This document shows positions 1 to 8,244 of a stretch of 16,546 nt of DNA, piece after piece. Position 1 is the first letter of the stretch; each line of letters starts with the position of its first letter. The DNA comes from Candidatus Methylomirabilales bacterium (GTDB taxonomy: Bacteria > Methylomirabilota > Methylomirabilia > Methylomirabilales > CSP1-5), in contig JBHIAH010000057.1 in the NCBI GenBank assembly GCA_046758505.1, forward strand, positions 1 through 16,546. Reading direction: 5' to 3'. The translations under genes and the position numbers were made by a program. The notes below the pieces were generated by a model that saw only the letters and a program-made list of their open reading frames with translations, was not told the origin of the DNA and ran no database searches.

Positions 1-807
1 GAATTAAAAACCACCCAACTCCAATTGATCCAGAGCGCAAAGTTCGAATCGGTGGGCCAGTTGGCCGCGGGGGTCGCGCATGAGGTCAAGAACCCCCTGG
101 CCATCATCCAGCAGGGGCTCACATACCTCGCAGATGCGTATTCCACCGATGACGACAGGCCCGCGCTGGTCCTGAAGAAACTGGACAACGCGGTCAGACG
201 GGCGGATCAGGTGATCAAGGGCTTGTTGGATTTTTCCGTCCCCCGTGCCGCAGAGGTGACGACCGCGGACCTCAACGCCGTGGTGGGGCAGGCGCTGTCG
301 CTCTTGGAACATCCGCTGGTCACGGCGCACGTCACCGTCGTCAAAGCGCTGCGGAAGGATCTCCCGCCGCTCAACCTGGATCCGAACAAGATCGAACAAG
401 TCTTTGTGAACCTCTTCATGAACGCCATCCAAGCCATGCCCGACGGCGGGACGCTCGCCGTCAGAACAGAGGCGAGGAAGCCAACCGGACCCGGCTCCGA
501 TTCCGGACGCGGGGCAACCGACCAGGCCAGAGCCAGGGAGACCCTCGTCATGGTCACAATCGAGGACACAGGGACAGGCATCCCCGCCGAGAAACTCGAT
601 CGCGTCTTCGATCCGTTTTTTACGACCAAGCCGCCGGGACAGGGGACGGGATTGGGGTTAAGCGTGACGCGAAAAATCATCGAGCTGCACGGGGGGACGA
701 TCGACATCGGGAATCGGCCAACGGGGGGGGTGCGGGTGACCCTCACGTTCACCGCAGAAGGAGCGTCCGCCGGCGCAGAAGAGACGGATCCCGCTCGCTC
801 ACGATGA
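1..807 (+). CDS. Sensor histidine kinase, C-terminal part (HisKA + HATPase_c); 5' end lies outside the window
   Basis: Frame open from base 1 (ELKTTQLQLIQSAKFESVGQLAAGVAHEVKNPL, H-box). N-box QVFVNLFMNAIQAM, G1 EDTGTGI, F-box FDPFFTTK, G2 GTGLGL. Confidence 0.95.
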   Translation, partial: ELKTTQLQLIQSAKFESVGQLAAGVAHEVKNPLAIIQQGLTYLADAYSTDDDRPALVLKKLDNAVRRADQVIKGLLDFSVPRAAEVTTADLNAVVGQALSLLEHPLVTAHVTVVKALRKDLPPLNLDPNKIEQVFVNLFMNAIQAMPDGGTLAVRTEARKPTGPGSDSGRGATDQARARETLVMVTIEDTGTGIPAEKLDRVFDPFFTTKPPGQGTGLGLSVTRKIIELHGGTIDIGNRPTGGVRVTLTFTAEGASAGAEETDPARSR

Positions 808-943
808 CCCGAACTGTACCGGTCCGGCTGCAAGACCTGAGGCAGGAAAGCACAAAGGCACAATCGGCGGGCATCCGTGTATCGCAAGACCGGCGAGTCC
901 ACAAGCCGTCATGCCGTCGATCGAGAAGTATCTCCAACCATAA
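770..943 (+). pseudogene. Internally deleted duplicate of the downstream receiver-domain gene
   Basis: Reads AQKRRIPLAHDDPNCT...KGTIGGHPCIARPASPQAVMPSIEKYLQP*, matching both ends of 959..1366. 854-900 matches 1277-1323 at 43/47 nt. CCG occupies the start position after GAAGGAG-N6. Confidence 0.85.
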
Positions 944-958
944 ACGAAGGAGTGGGCC

Positions 959-1366
959 ATGCCAGATGCAGACCGAACAAAGGCCGCGGGGCCGCAAAAG
1001 AAACGGATCCTGCTCGTTGACGATGACCCCGATTTTACCAGTCTCCTGAAGTTGAACCTCGAGAAGACGGGGACCTATGAGGTCCAAGAGGAGAACCGCG
1101 CGGAAGAGGCGCTGGCCACCGCCCGGGCGTTTAAACCGGATCTGGTCTTGCTGGACGTCATGATGCCCAAGTTGCCCGGGGGGAAGGTGGTAGCGCAGCT
1201 CGAAGCCGACGAGGAACTGAAAGACACGCCGGTTGTCTTCTTCACCGCGGTGGTGCCGCAGGAAACCAAAGAACGAAAAGGCACCATCGGCGGGCGTCCG
1301 TGCATCGCAAAACCGGCGAGTCCCGAAGACGTGATGCTGTCGATCGAGAAGCATCTCCGAACATAA
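959..1366 (+). CDS. Single-domain response regulator (CheY-like receiver)
   Basis: RILLVDDD acidic pocket, LVLLDVMMP phospho-Asp, FFTA, IAKP; RBS GAAGGAG 6 nt upstream of ATG. Confidence 0.95.
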   Translation: MPDADRTKAAGPQKKRILLVDDDPDFTSLLKLNLEKTGTYEVQEENRAEEALATARAFKPDLVLLDVMMPKLPGGKVVAQLEADEELKDTPVVFFTAVVPQETKERKGTIGGRPCIAKPASPEDVMLSIEKHLRT

Positions 1367-1401
1367 ACGCCGGCCTCGCGTGCATTCAGACACACACACG
1401 G

Positions 1402-1560
1402 AACCTGGTCCTCATGATCTCGCAATAGGGACCCCGCCCCCCCCGGAAGAGGAAGCACAGAAGTGTCCTGAGGCGGGAGGGTTCGAGTATATTGGCAAAC
1501 CCGTCGACGTCGAGCAGCTCGAGACCGCACTGCCGGTGAAGCCCCTCGAGGGCGTGCACC
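1402..1560 (+). pseudogene. Remnant of the C-terminal half of a different receiver domain
   Basis: NLVLMISQ* in one frame, then EEEAQKCPEAGGFEYIGKPVDVEQLETALPVK in another, resembling receiver beta4-alpha4-beta5(KP)-alpha5. No N-terminal half or phospho-Asp. Confidence 0.6.
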
Positions 1561-1694
1561 AGCCAGGCTTTCAAATACGCCCCCCCGGGACCGCTCCCCC
1601 TGGTCCTGTGTCTCATGGACACCAGCTCATTATCCCGATCCCTCCGCTATTGAAGAGATGCATGCCAGTTTGGCCCGCCGCTCAGCCGTGATCC

Positions 1695-1716
1695 CCTGTA
1701 GGGAAAGGCCTACAGG
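1695..1716. promoter_or_regulatory. Perfect palindromic operator/activator-like site CCTGTAGG-N6-CCTACAGG
   Basis: 8-bp perfect inverted repeat with 6-nt spacer in intergenic DNA, about 36 bp upstream of a sigma54-like -24 box. Confidence 0.55.
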
Positions 1717-1751
1717 ACAGCACGCACGCGTCCGGCGTGGGCGCCGGAAGG

Positions 1752-1768
1752 AGGCACGTATTTTGCAT
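1752..1768 (+). promoter_or_regulatory. Sigma54 (RpoN)-type promoter
   Basis: AGGCACGTATTTTGCAT: GG(1753-54)-N10-GC(1765-66), close to consensus TGGCACG-N4-TTGCW, facing the PAS-GAF kinase. Confidence 0.65.
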
Positions 1769-1998
1769 ATTTAGGCCCACCAATCCCCCGTTCCCCTTGT
1801 GTCGGTGCTTCGCCGGGGCCCCGGTCTTTCCGCGAGCACCCGTCCGGGCAGAGAACCCGGTGTCGGTTGTGTCGTGAGCCACGGGAGAGACGCTCTTCCG
1901 GCCGGATCGCGGCGGACCACCCGTAAGAACCGAGCCATGAACACACACCTCGCAACTCTCTCGCCTTGATTCGAAAGAGCAGCGGGAAACTCCATCGC

Positions 1999-4900
1999 AT
2001 GAACGAGCCGCACACCAAGATTCCCGAACGTGGGCAGACGGACGAGGCGCTCCAGCAGGCCCATCGCGCTCTTCAGACCCTCATTCACGCTTCTCCGGTG
2101 GGCATTATTGCCCTCGATCGCGAGGGACACATCAAAACATGGAACGCCGCCGCCGAGCACATGTTTGGATGGAGCGCGCACGAGGTCCTGGACCGTCCCC
2201 CGCCCTTCGTCCCCGAGGACAAACAGGGAGAGTTCCGAGCGCTGCACGCGCGGGTACTGCGGGGCGAGGCGTTTACGGGCCTCGAACTCCATCGCCAGCG
2301 AAAGGATGGCTCGCCCATTGACGTGAGTCTCTCAACTGCACCACTGCGCGACGCCAAAGACGATATCATTGGCATCATGGCCGTTGTCGCCGACATCACC
2401 GAGCGCAAGCGGGCGGAACAGCAGCTTGGCCTGCAAAGCACCGCGCTGGAATCAGCCGCAAATGCCATACTCATCACCGACCGTGAGGGCCACATCAGCT
2501 GGGTAAATCCGGCGTTCACCCACCTCACCGGCTACACCGCCGAGGAGGTCCTCGGCCAGACGCCCCGCCTGCTCAGGTCAGGCATACATGCCCAGTCGTT
2601 CTACACCCATCTCTGGGAGACGATCCGCTCCGGAAAGGTCTGGCACGGCGAGATCATCAATCGGCGGAAGGACGGAAGTCTTTATACCGAGGAGCAAACC
2701 ATCACCCCGGTCCGGGATGAGAGGGGCGAGATCTCCCACTTCATCGCGATCAAGCGCGACGTTACCGCACGCAAGCGGATGGAAGAGGCGCTGCGGGAGA
2801 GCGAGGAGCGATACCGGACGCTGTTCGAGAATGCCCCCGTCGGACTTGGGGTGGCTGATGCGGAGGGAAACTTGCTCACCTTTAACACCGCCATGCTCGA
2901 GCCCGGTGGGTATACGCGTGAGGACATCGCCCGGATCGGCAATGTAGCGCAGCTCTACGCCGATCCAGGTGAAAGAGCAAGGGTGCTGGAAACCGCGAAG
3001 AGGCAGGGCTTCCTGCACCAACAGGAAGTGCGGTTTATGCGCAAGGACGGCAGCTATTACACCGCGCTCCTCAGCCTCACACCGATAACGACAGAAGGCC
3101 GCCCGGGCTGGCAAGCGATGGTCCAGGATATCACCGAGCGCAAGCGGGTGGAGGCGGAGCTGGAGGCGCGGGCGCGGGAGCTCGCCATCAAGACCGAACG
3201 GCTCGAGGTGCTGGGCACCTTGAGCCGCACGATGAGTGCCACCCTGGACCCACGGCAGGCCCTGGACTTCGTGGTAGAGGCGGCGGTCCATCTCTTGAAT
3301 GCCACCGCTGCACGGCTGTGGCTGTGGGATGAATCGGCCGGGGAGCTCCACCTGGCGGCGAGGATGGGCGATCCGGACCTGACGCCCTATCCCGTGCAGG
3401 CTTTTCAGCGCGGGGAGTCCATCGTCGGGCGAGCCTTCCACCACCGGGAGGCTCTGGTGAGCGAGTCGCCGGCGACGGATTCGCGGTACGCGGGGCAGCA
3501 GTGGGCCCGCGAGAATGGGATTCGCGCGGTCGTCGCCGTCCCCGTGCTCATAGGCGACCGGACGTTTGGCGCCCTCGCCGTGGCCCGCCGGACCCCCGGG
3601 GTCTTTCAGGACGAGGAACTTGCCCTCCTCCGGTCCTTCGCCAGCCAGGCCGCCATCGCCCTCGAGAACGCCCGGCTCTTCGAGGAGAACCTTCGGGCGA
3701 AGAACGAGCTCACCACCCTCCTGGAGATCAACACGAAGATCGGCACCGCTGAGGCCAGCGAGCTCCTGCAGACCATAACGGATGAGGCGGTGCGCCTGCT
3801 GGAGGCGGACGGCGCGGGGTTTCGCCTGTTGGAGGGACGCTCCCTGGTGGTCGCAGCCACGAGTGGTGTCGCCGGCGACGTGATGCTGCGCCCCCGCCTC
3901 AGCATCGGCGAGAGTCTCAGCGGGCAGGCCGTGGCGGAGAATCGCCCCCTGTTCCTGCCGGACACCGCCGCGCTCTCGTCCTGGGCCAAGGAGCATCAGA
4001 CGGCCGCCATCCGGCACGGGGTCAAGAGCATCATGATCATTCCTGTCCGGATCGCCGATCGCGTTATCGGGGTCCTGAACACCCTGACCAAGGCGAACCG
4101 GCAATTCACCCAGCGACACGTCAACCTGGCGATGGCCTTTGCCGACCAGGCGGCGATCAGCGTGAACAAGGCGCGTCTCTACCGCGAGGTCGCCGCGCAG
4201 AAGCAACACCTCGAAGAGAGGGTCCGCGACCGCACGCAGGAGCTCCGGGTGGCCAACATTCGGCTCCAGGAGGCGCTCCAGCGGGCCGAGGAGGCCTCGC
4301 GTACCAAATCCAGGTTCCTCGCCACGATGTCCCACGAGCTCCGAACTCCCCTGAACGCCATCATCGGCTTTTCCGAGCTGCTCGAGGATCAGCAATACGG
4401 CTCCCTGAACCCGAGGCAGCAGCGGTACGTGAGCCATGTCCTGGCCAGCGGGCGACACCTGCTGATGCTCATTACCGATATCCTCGACCTGACCAAGATC
4501 GAGGCGGGCAGGCTCACCGTAGAACCGCTGCCTTTCCCCCTCCCCGAGGCGTTACACGGCGCCCTCGAGAGTCTCCGGCCTCAGGCCGAAACGAAGGGGA
4601 TCGACCTCCAGCTCACCGTGGATGCCTGTCCCGCAACGCTGGTGGCCGATCCGGTCCGCTTCAACCAGATCCTCTACAACCTCCTGTCGAACGCCGTGAA
4701 GTTCACTCCGTCGGGCGGCACCGTGCGCGTCTCCGCCCGCCCGGTTCACGGTTCACCGTCCAGAGTTCACAGTGAGGCCGTCTCTGGCTGTGAACCATCC
4801 ACCATGAACCATGAACGAGGCGGCGATTTCGTGGAAATCGACGTATGTGATACGGGGATCGGGATCAAGGCCGAGGACATGCCAAAGCTCTTCCAGGAGT

Positions 4901-5088
4901 TCACGCAGCTCGACGCCTCCCTCGCCCGGCGGCATCAGGGGACCGGCCTCGGGTTAGTCTTGACGAAGAAGATGGTCGAGATGCACGGCGGGACGATTGA
5001 GGTCCACTCCCCCGGGGAGGGGTTGGGAAGCACGTTCACCGTCACCTTGCCGCTCGATGGGCCCAGCGCCACACCCCCCACGCGTTGA
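1999..5088 (+). CDS. Cytoplasmic multi-sensor histidine kinase (3 PAS/PAC, 2 GAF, HisKA, HATPase_c)
   Basis: Three PAS units ending DITERK/DVTARK/DITERK; two GAF units ending FASQAAIALENARL and FADQAAISVNKARL; H-box MSHELRTPL; N-box NLLSNAVKFT; DTGIGI; GTGLGL. No evident TM helix. Start uncertain (ATG 1999 vs TTG 1966). Confidence 0.95.
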   Translation: MNEPHTKIPERGQTDEALQQAHRALQTLIHASPVGIIALDREGHIKTWNAAAEHMFGWSAHEVLDRPPPFVPEDKQGEFRALHARVLRGEAFTGLELHRQRKDGSPIDVSLSTAPLRDAKDDIIGIMAVVADITERKRAEQQLGLQSTALESAANAILITDREGHISWVNPAFTHLTGYTAEEVLGQTPRLLRSGIHAQSFYTHLWETIRSGKVWHGEIINRRKDGSLYTEEQTITPVRDERGEISHFIAIKRDVTARKRMEEALRESEERYRTLFENAPVGLGVADAEGNLLTFNTAMLEPGGYTREDIARIGNVAQLYADPGERARVLETAKRQGFLHQQEVRFMRKDGSYYTALLSLTPITTEGRPGWQAMVQDITERKRVEAELEARARELAIKTERLEVLGTLSRTMSATLDPRQALDFVVEAAVHLLNATAARLWLWDESAGELHLAARMGDPDLTPYPVQAFQRGESIVGRAFHHREALVSESPATDSRYAGQQWARENGIRAVVAVPVLIGDRTFGALAVARRTPGVFQDEELALLRSFASQAAIALENARLFEENLRAKNELTTLLEINTKIGTAEASELLQTITDEAVRLLEADGAGFRLLEGRSLVVAATSGVAGDVMLRPRLSIGESLSGQAVAENRPLFLPDTAALSSWAKEHQTAAIRHGVKSIMIIPVRIADRVIGVLNTLTKANRQFTQRHVNLAMAFADQAAISVNKARLYREVAAQKQHLEERVRDRTQELRVANIRLQEALQRAEEASRTKSRFLATMSHELRTPLNAIIGFSELLEDQQYGSLNPRQQRYVSHVLASGRHLLMLITDILDLTKIEAGRLTVEPLPFPLPEALHGALESLRPQAETKGIDLQLTVDACPATLVADPVRFNQILYNLLSNAVKFTPSGGTVRVSARPVHGSPSRVHSEAVSGCEPSTMNHERGGDFVEIDVCDTGIGIKAEDMPKLFQEFTQLDASLARRHQGTGLGLVLTKKMVEMHGGTIEVHSPGEGLGSTFTVTLPLDGPSATPPTR
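4744..4816. repeat. Heptamer-based palindromic element in frame within the kinase gene
   Basis: GTTCACG GTTCACC GTCCAGA GTTCACAG - 15 nt - CTGTGAAC CATCCAC CATGAAC CATGAAC; arms complementary at 22/29; same family as 15997-16070. Confidence 0.8.
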
Positions 5089-5305
5089 GGGGGTTATGCA
5101 TCAGGCGAAGCAGGCATGCGATTTCCTCCCGCCTCCTTCCCTCCTTCATGCTTCCTCCAAGCTCTCCGCCGGGCCAAACTCCTATAGCGAGAAGGGCAAG
5201 ATTCCCACAAAAAAATAGGGGGTTCGTCGGGCGCTGGTCCTGCTTGCGGTCACGTCGTTCGCACTGATCCTTACCCGATCTGAAGCACAGCCATCGAATA
5301 ACTCC

Positions 5306-5333
5306 TTGACAGGTTAGTTTTACATTATAGACT
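5306..5333 (+). promoter_or_regulatory. Putative sigma70 promoter for the REC-PilZ gene
   Basis: TTGACA(5306-11)-N16-TAGACT(5328-33) in an AT-rich patch; a second CTTGACAGG starts at 5337. Confidence 0.55.
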
Positions 5334-5496
5334 GCGCTTGACAGGAATAAACGTCTACGGAAGATTCCTACAGAGGCTTAGGACAACAAAATCCTTCCCC
5401 TTCTCCCACCGGAAAGGGCGAGGCAGAATTCGCAGCGGGGAGTCCCTCGAGCGCCAGGCCGGACGCGGCACCCGATGCGAGGGAGAATGTGACGCG

Positions 5497-6252
5497 ATGT
5501 CGAACCGTCCACTCCTAGCCATTAATGACAATCCTCGGTTGTGCCAGCTGGTGACCTTTACTCCCGAAAACGCGGCTCCCGAGGTCCTCTCGGCCTTCGA
5601 TGGCCCGACCGGGATCGAGACGGCCCGGGTGGCGCAGCCGGCCGTCATCCTCCTGGACATGATGATGCCGGGCGTCGATGGCATCGACACGTGCCACCAA
5701 CTGAAACAGGACCCCGTCCTCCAAGATATTCCCGTGGTGGGTATCACGGCCTCCCCGGACCTCACCTACACCGCAAAGGCCTTTCGCGCTGGCGCTGAGT
5801 TGTTTCTACCGAAGCCCTTTGGACTAGACAACTTGCTCCGTGTCGTGACGCTGGCCTCAGAGGCGGCAGAGCGGCAGATCCGGGTGGTCCCCCGACACCA
5901 ACGCCATCCCCGCTTCACGGTCGAAATTCCCGTCCAGTGCCTCATCAACAAGAAGCCACATCCTATCCGAGGGGTCGTGGGCCACACGAGCAATGTAAGC
6001 CTCAATGGTTTGTTGGTCTTCTTCCCCGAAAAGCTGGCGCCCGGCACCGTCTTCCAGATCCGGCTCGGGCTCCCCGACGGAGTCATTCCCGTGGAAGCCG
6101 CGGTGGTCTGGCAAAATCCCCAACCGGTCGCGCACGGCAGGCTCCGCCATGGCATCAAGCTCCTGTGCTTTCCGGAAGACGACGACCTCATCCTGTATCG
6201 ACGCTTCCTCAGCCAGATCGCTATAGGCCATCCCTCGAACGCAAAGTCGTAA
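5497..6252 (+). CDS. Response regulator with N-terminal receiver and C-terminal PilZ-like domain
   Basis: VILLDMMMPGVDG, GITAS, LPKPF receiver motifs; QRHPRF...NVSLNG...VEAAVVW...HGIKL PilZ pattern; GGGAG upstream of ATG 5497. Confidence 0.85.
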   Translation: MSNRPLLAINDNPRLCQLVTFTPENAAPEVLSAFDGPTGIETARVAQPAVILLDMMMPGVDGIDTCHQLKQDPVLQDIPVVGITASPDLTYTAKAFRAGAELFLPKPFGLDNLLRVVTLASEAAERQIRVVPRHQRHPRFTVEIPVQCLINKKPHPIRGVVGHTSNVSLNGLLVFFPEKLAPGTVFQIRLGLPDGVIPVEAAVVWQNPQPVAHGRLRHGIKLLCFPEDDDLILYRRFLSQIAIGHPSNAKS

Positions 6253-6271
6253 GGGGACCCTCCGTCCCCTT
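6251..6271 (+). terminator. Stem-loop directly after the REC-PilZ stop
   Basis: AAGGGGAC-CCTCC-GTCCCCTT, 8-bp perfect stem; no U-tract, so terminator function is uncertain. Confidence 0.35.
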
Positions 6272-6562
6272 CCCACGGTGATCCCCCCAACCGGCACCTA
6301 AAGCCCCACGCGGCAGCCAACCCTTTGGCCACCGAGAACCGCTGCGCTTTGCCCGATGCCTCTGGCCGGAAACAGGACGCGCGAACGACAGAAGTCCCCC
6401 TCGAGGAATCGATTGGGAGATCCCTGATTCTTATAATACAATGCCGCAGACGGCGGATTCGGCGAGAGTGATCCCCCACGGAGAGGAAGAGACCGTAGAG
6501 GTTGGGATTCCCTTCGTGGAGAGATCCACGGCCGACAGGACCCCGATCGGAGGACAAAGGGA

Positions 6563-7474
6563 ATGGCTGGATCCCCCGGGGAACGGGCGACCAAGATCCG
6601 CAGGGTGCTGGCAGCCACATTGATCCTCAACTGGTCCGTGGCCGGCCTCAAGCTCGGGTACGGGGCCTGGTCCAATACGCTCAGCATGGTGGCGGACGGC
6701 TTCCACTCCCTGCTGGATGGCTCCGCCAACATCGTCGGCCTCATCGCCATGACCGTCGCTGTCCTGCCGGCGGACCGTTCCCATCCGTACGGCCACCGAA
6801 AATTTGAGAGCTTCGCCGCCCTGGGGATCTCCTTCCTCCTCCTCCTAGCCGCCTACGAGATCGGCCAGGGGGCGTTTCGCCGATGGCACGTGGGGACGAC
6901 GCCCCACGTGACCCCGATCAGCTTTATCGTGATGGTCATCGCCATGGGGGTGAGTCTTTCCGTCAGCTGGTACGAGGCCCGCGTCGGCCAAGAGCTCCAG
7001 AGCGAGATCCTGGTGGCCGACGCCATGCACACCCGAAGCGATCTGTACGCCTCCCTGACCGTCCTGGCCTCCCTCGCCGCGTCCAAAGCCGGATACCCGG
7101 GCCTCGATCTGTTCGGAGCTTTCTTCATCGTCCTCCTGATCGCGCGAACTGGCATTCGAATCATCGGCCAGAGTCTCTACGTCCTGGCCGATGCCTCGCG
7201 CCTCCCCTCGAGGACCGTGGAGCAGGCGGCACTGGCGGTCGAGGGAGTCCGCGAGGTCCACGCCGTCCGAAGCCGCGGATTCTCCGACGCCATTTACATG
7301 GACCTCCACATCCTGGTGGACCCCCAGCTTACCGTGGCGGCGGCCCATGGGATCGCCCACCGCGTGGAGACCACGCTCAAGAAGCAGTTCCCGCAGGTCG
7401 CGGACATGGTGGTCCATGTGGAGCCGGACACCGCCGCCGAGCGCCGACGCTCCACGGAGGACCAGGTGCCGTAA
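6563..7474 (+). CDS. Cation diffusion facilitator (CDF, FieF/CzcD-like) metal transporter
   Basis: Hydrophobic N-terminal domain with DGFHSLLD (TM2), HPYGHRKFE, ADAMHTRSD (TM5); C-terminal DLHI...AHGIAH...VVHVEP; RBS GGAGG at 6549-6553. Confidence 0.95.
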   Translation: MAGSPGERATKIRRVLAATLILNWSVAGLKLGYGAWSNTLSMVADGFHSLLDGSANIVGLIAMTVAVLPADRSHPYGHRKFESFAALGISFLLLLAAYEIGQGAFRRWHVGTTPHVTPISFIVMVIAMGVSLSVSWYEARVGQELQSEILVADAMHTRSDLYASLTVLASLAASKAGYPGLDLFGAFFIVLLIARTGIRIIGQSLYVLADASRLPSRTVEQAALAVEGVREVHAVRSRGFSDAIYMDLHILVDPQLTVAAAHGIAHRVETTLKKQFPQVADMVVHVEPDTAAERRRSTEDQVP

Positions 7475-7542
7475 GCGGCCGGTGCTTCGTTGGGAAACCG
7501 AGGAGCACGAGGAGGTGAGCAATGCGATGAGGGACGGCTCCC

Positions 7543-8130
7543 CTATGGAGGATCGGGAGACACGTTGGCGATGTCGTTCAAGGTGAAGACCGCTTCGTAG
7601 GGGATACCGAGGCTGGCGAGTTTTTCGCCCCCCCCTTCGAGGCGGTCGACGAGGACCACGATTTGCACGACCCGGAATCCCTGCTCCTGAGCGGCGTGAA
7701 TCGCCTTGAGCGTCGAACCGCCCGTGGTGACCACGTCATCGACGATGACAACATTCGACCCCGCGCTACTGTGTCCCTCCACCCATTTTTTGAGGCCGTG
7801 GCCCTTGGGCTCTTTGCGGATGTAGAAGGTCTCGATCGGCGCCGAGGCCTCAAAGCTGCAATACCCCACCGCACTGGCGATGGGAATCGCCCCCTCGGCA
7901 GGCCCACCAACCGCCTGCACGTTTGTCCCGGTCTTCCGCTCGAACTGTTTGATCCGTGCGAAGAGAATGACCCCCGTCGCCACTAATGCCTCCGGCACAC
8001 AGAGGAGGACCCTGAGGTCCACATAATGCGGGCTGAGGCGCCCCGAGGAGAGCTGAAAGGGAGCATCCGGGCTGTACCGGTAGGCACGCCGCCGGATCAT
8101 TGCAAGTAACCGCTTCTCCGTTTCTTCCAC
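7543..8130 (-). CDS. pyrE: Orotate phosphoribosyltransferase
   Basis: FQLSSGRLSPHYVDLR, RKEPKGHG flexible loop, PRPP-binding VVIVDDVVTTGGS. Confidence 0.93.
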   Translation of the reverse strand: MEETEKRLLAMIRRRAYRYSPDAPFQLSSGRLSPHYVDLRVLLCVPEALVATGVILFARIKQFERKTGTNVQAVGGPAEGAIPIASAVGYCSFEASAPIETFYIRKEPKGHGLKKWVEGHSSAGSNVVIVDDVVTTGGSTLKAIHAAQEQGFRVVQIVVLVDRLEGGGEKLASLGIPYEAVFTLNDIANVSPDPP

Positions 8131-8244
8131 GATCCAGAACCCTCCCGGAATTCCGCGTCCTGCGCTCTGGTGCTCACCCGAGGCGTGGCGATGACTTCAC
8201 CACCGGCAAAGGACACTCACGGGACCGGGTGCAGCCCTGCTCCG

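Noticed and set aside
466..545. Long loop in the first kinase's ATPase domain at the same position as the palindromic insert in the second kinase
   Set aside because: No heptamer periodicity or inverted symmetry at DNA level; looks like an ordinary variable loop.
2578..4458. 626-aa minus-strand ORF and many other long overlapping ORFs
   Set aside because: Antisense or alternate-frame shadows of well-supported genes in GC-rich DNA; no recognisable motifs.
5338..5496. N-terminal extension of the REC-PilZ ORF from TTG 5338
   Set aside because: No RBS, lies in the promoter region, and the receiver fold begins at ATG 5497.
6236..6330. Fragments resembling a c-di-GMP-I riboswitch (ACGCAAAG, CCTAAA, GGCAGCC)
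   Set aside because: No GGCAAAC/GAAA P2 stem, wrong spacing, and it overlaps the coding end.
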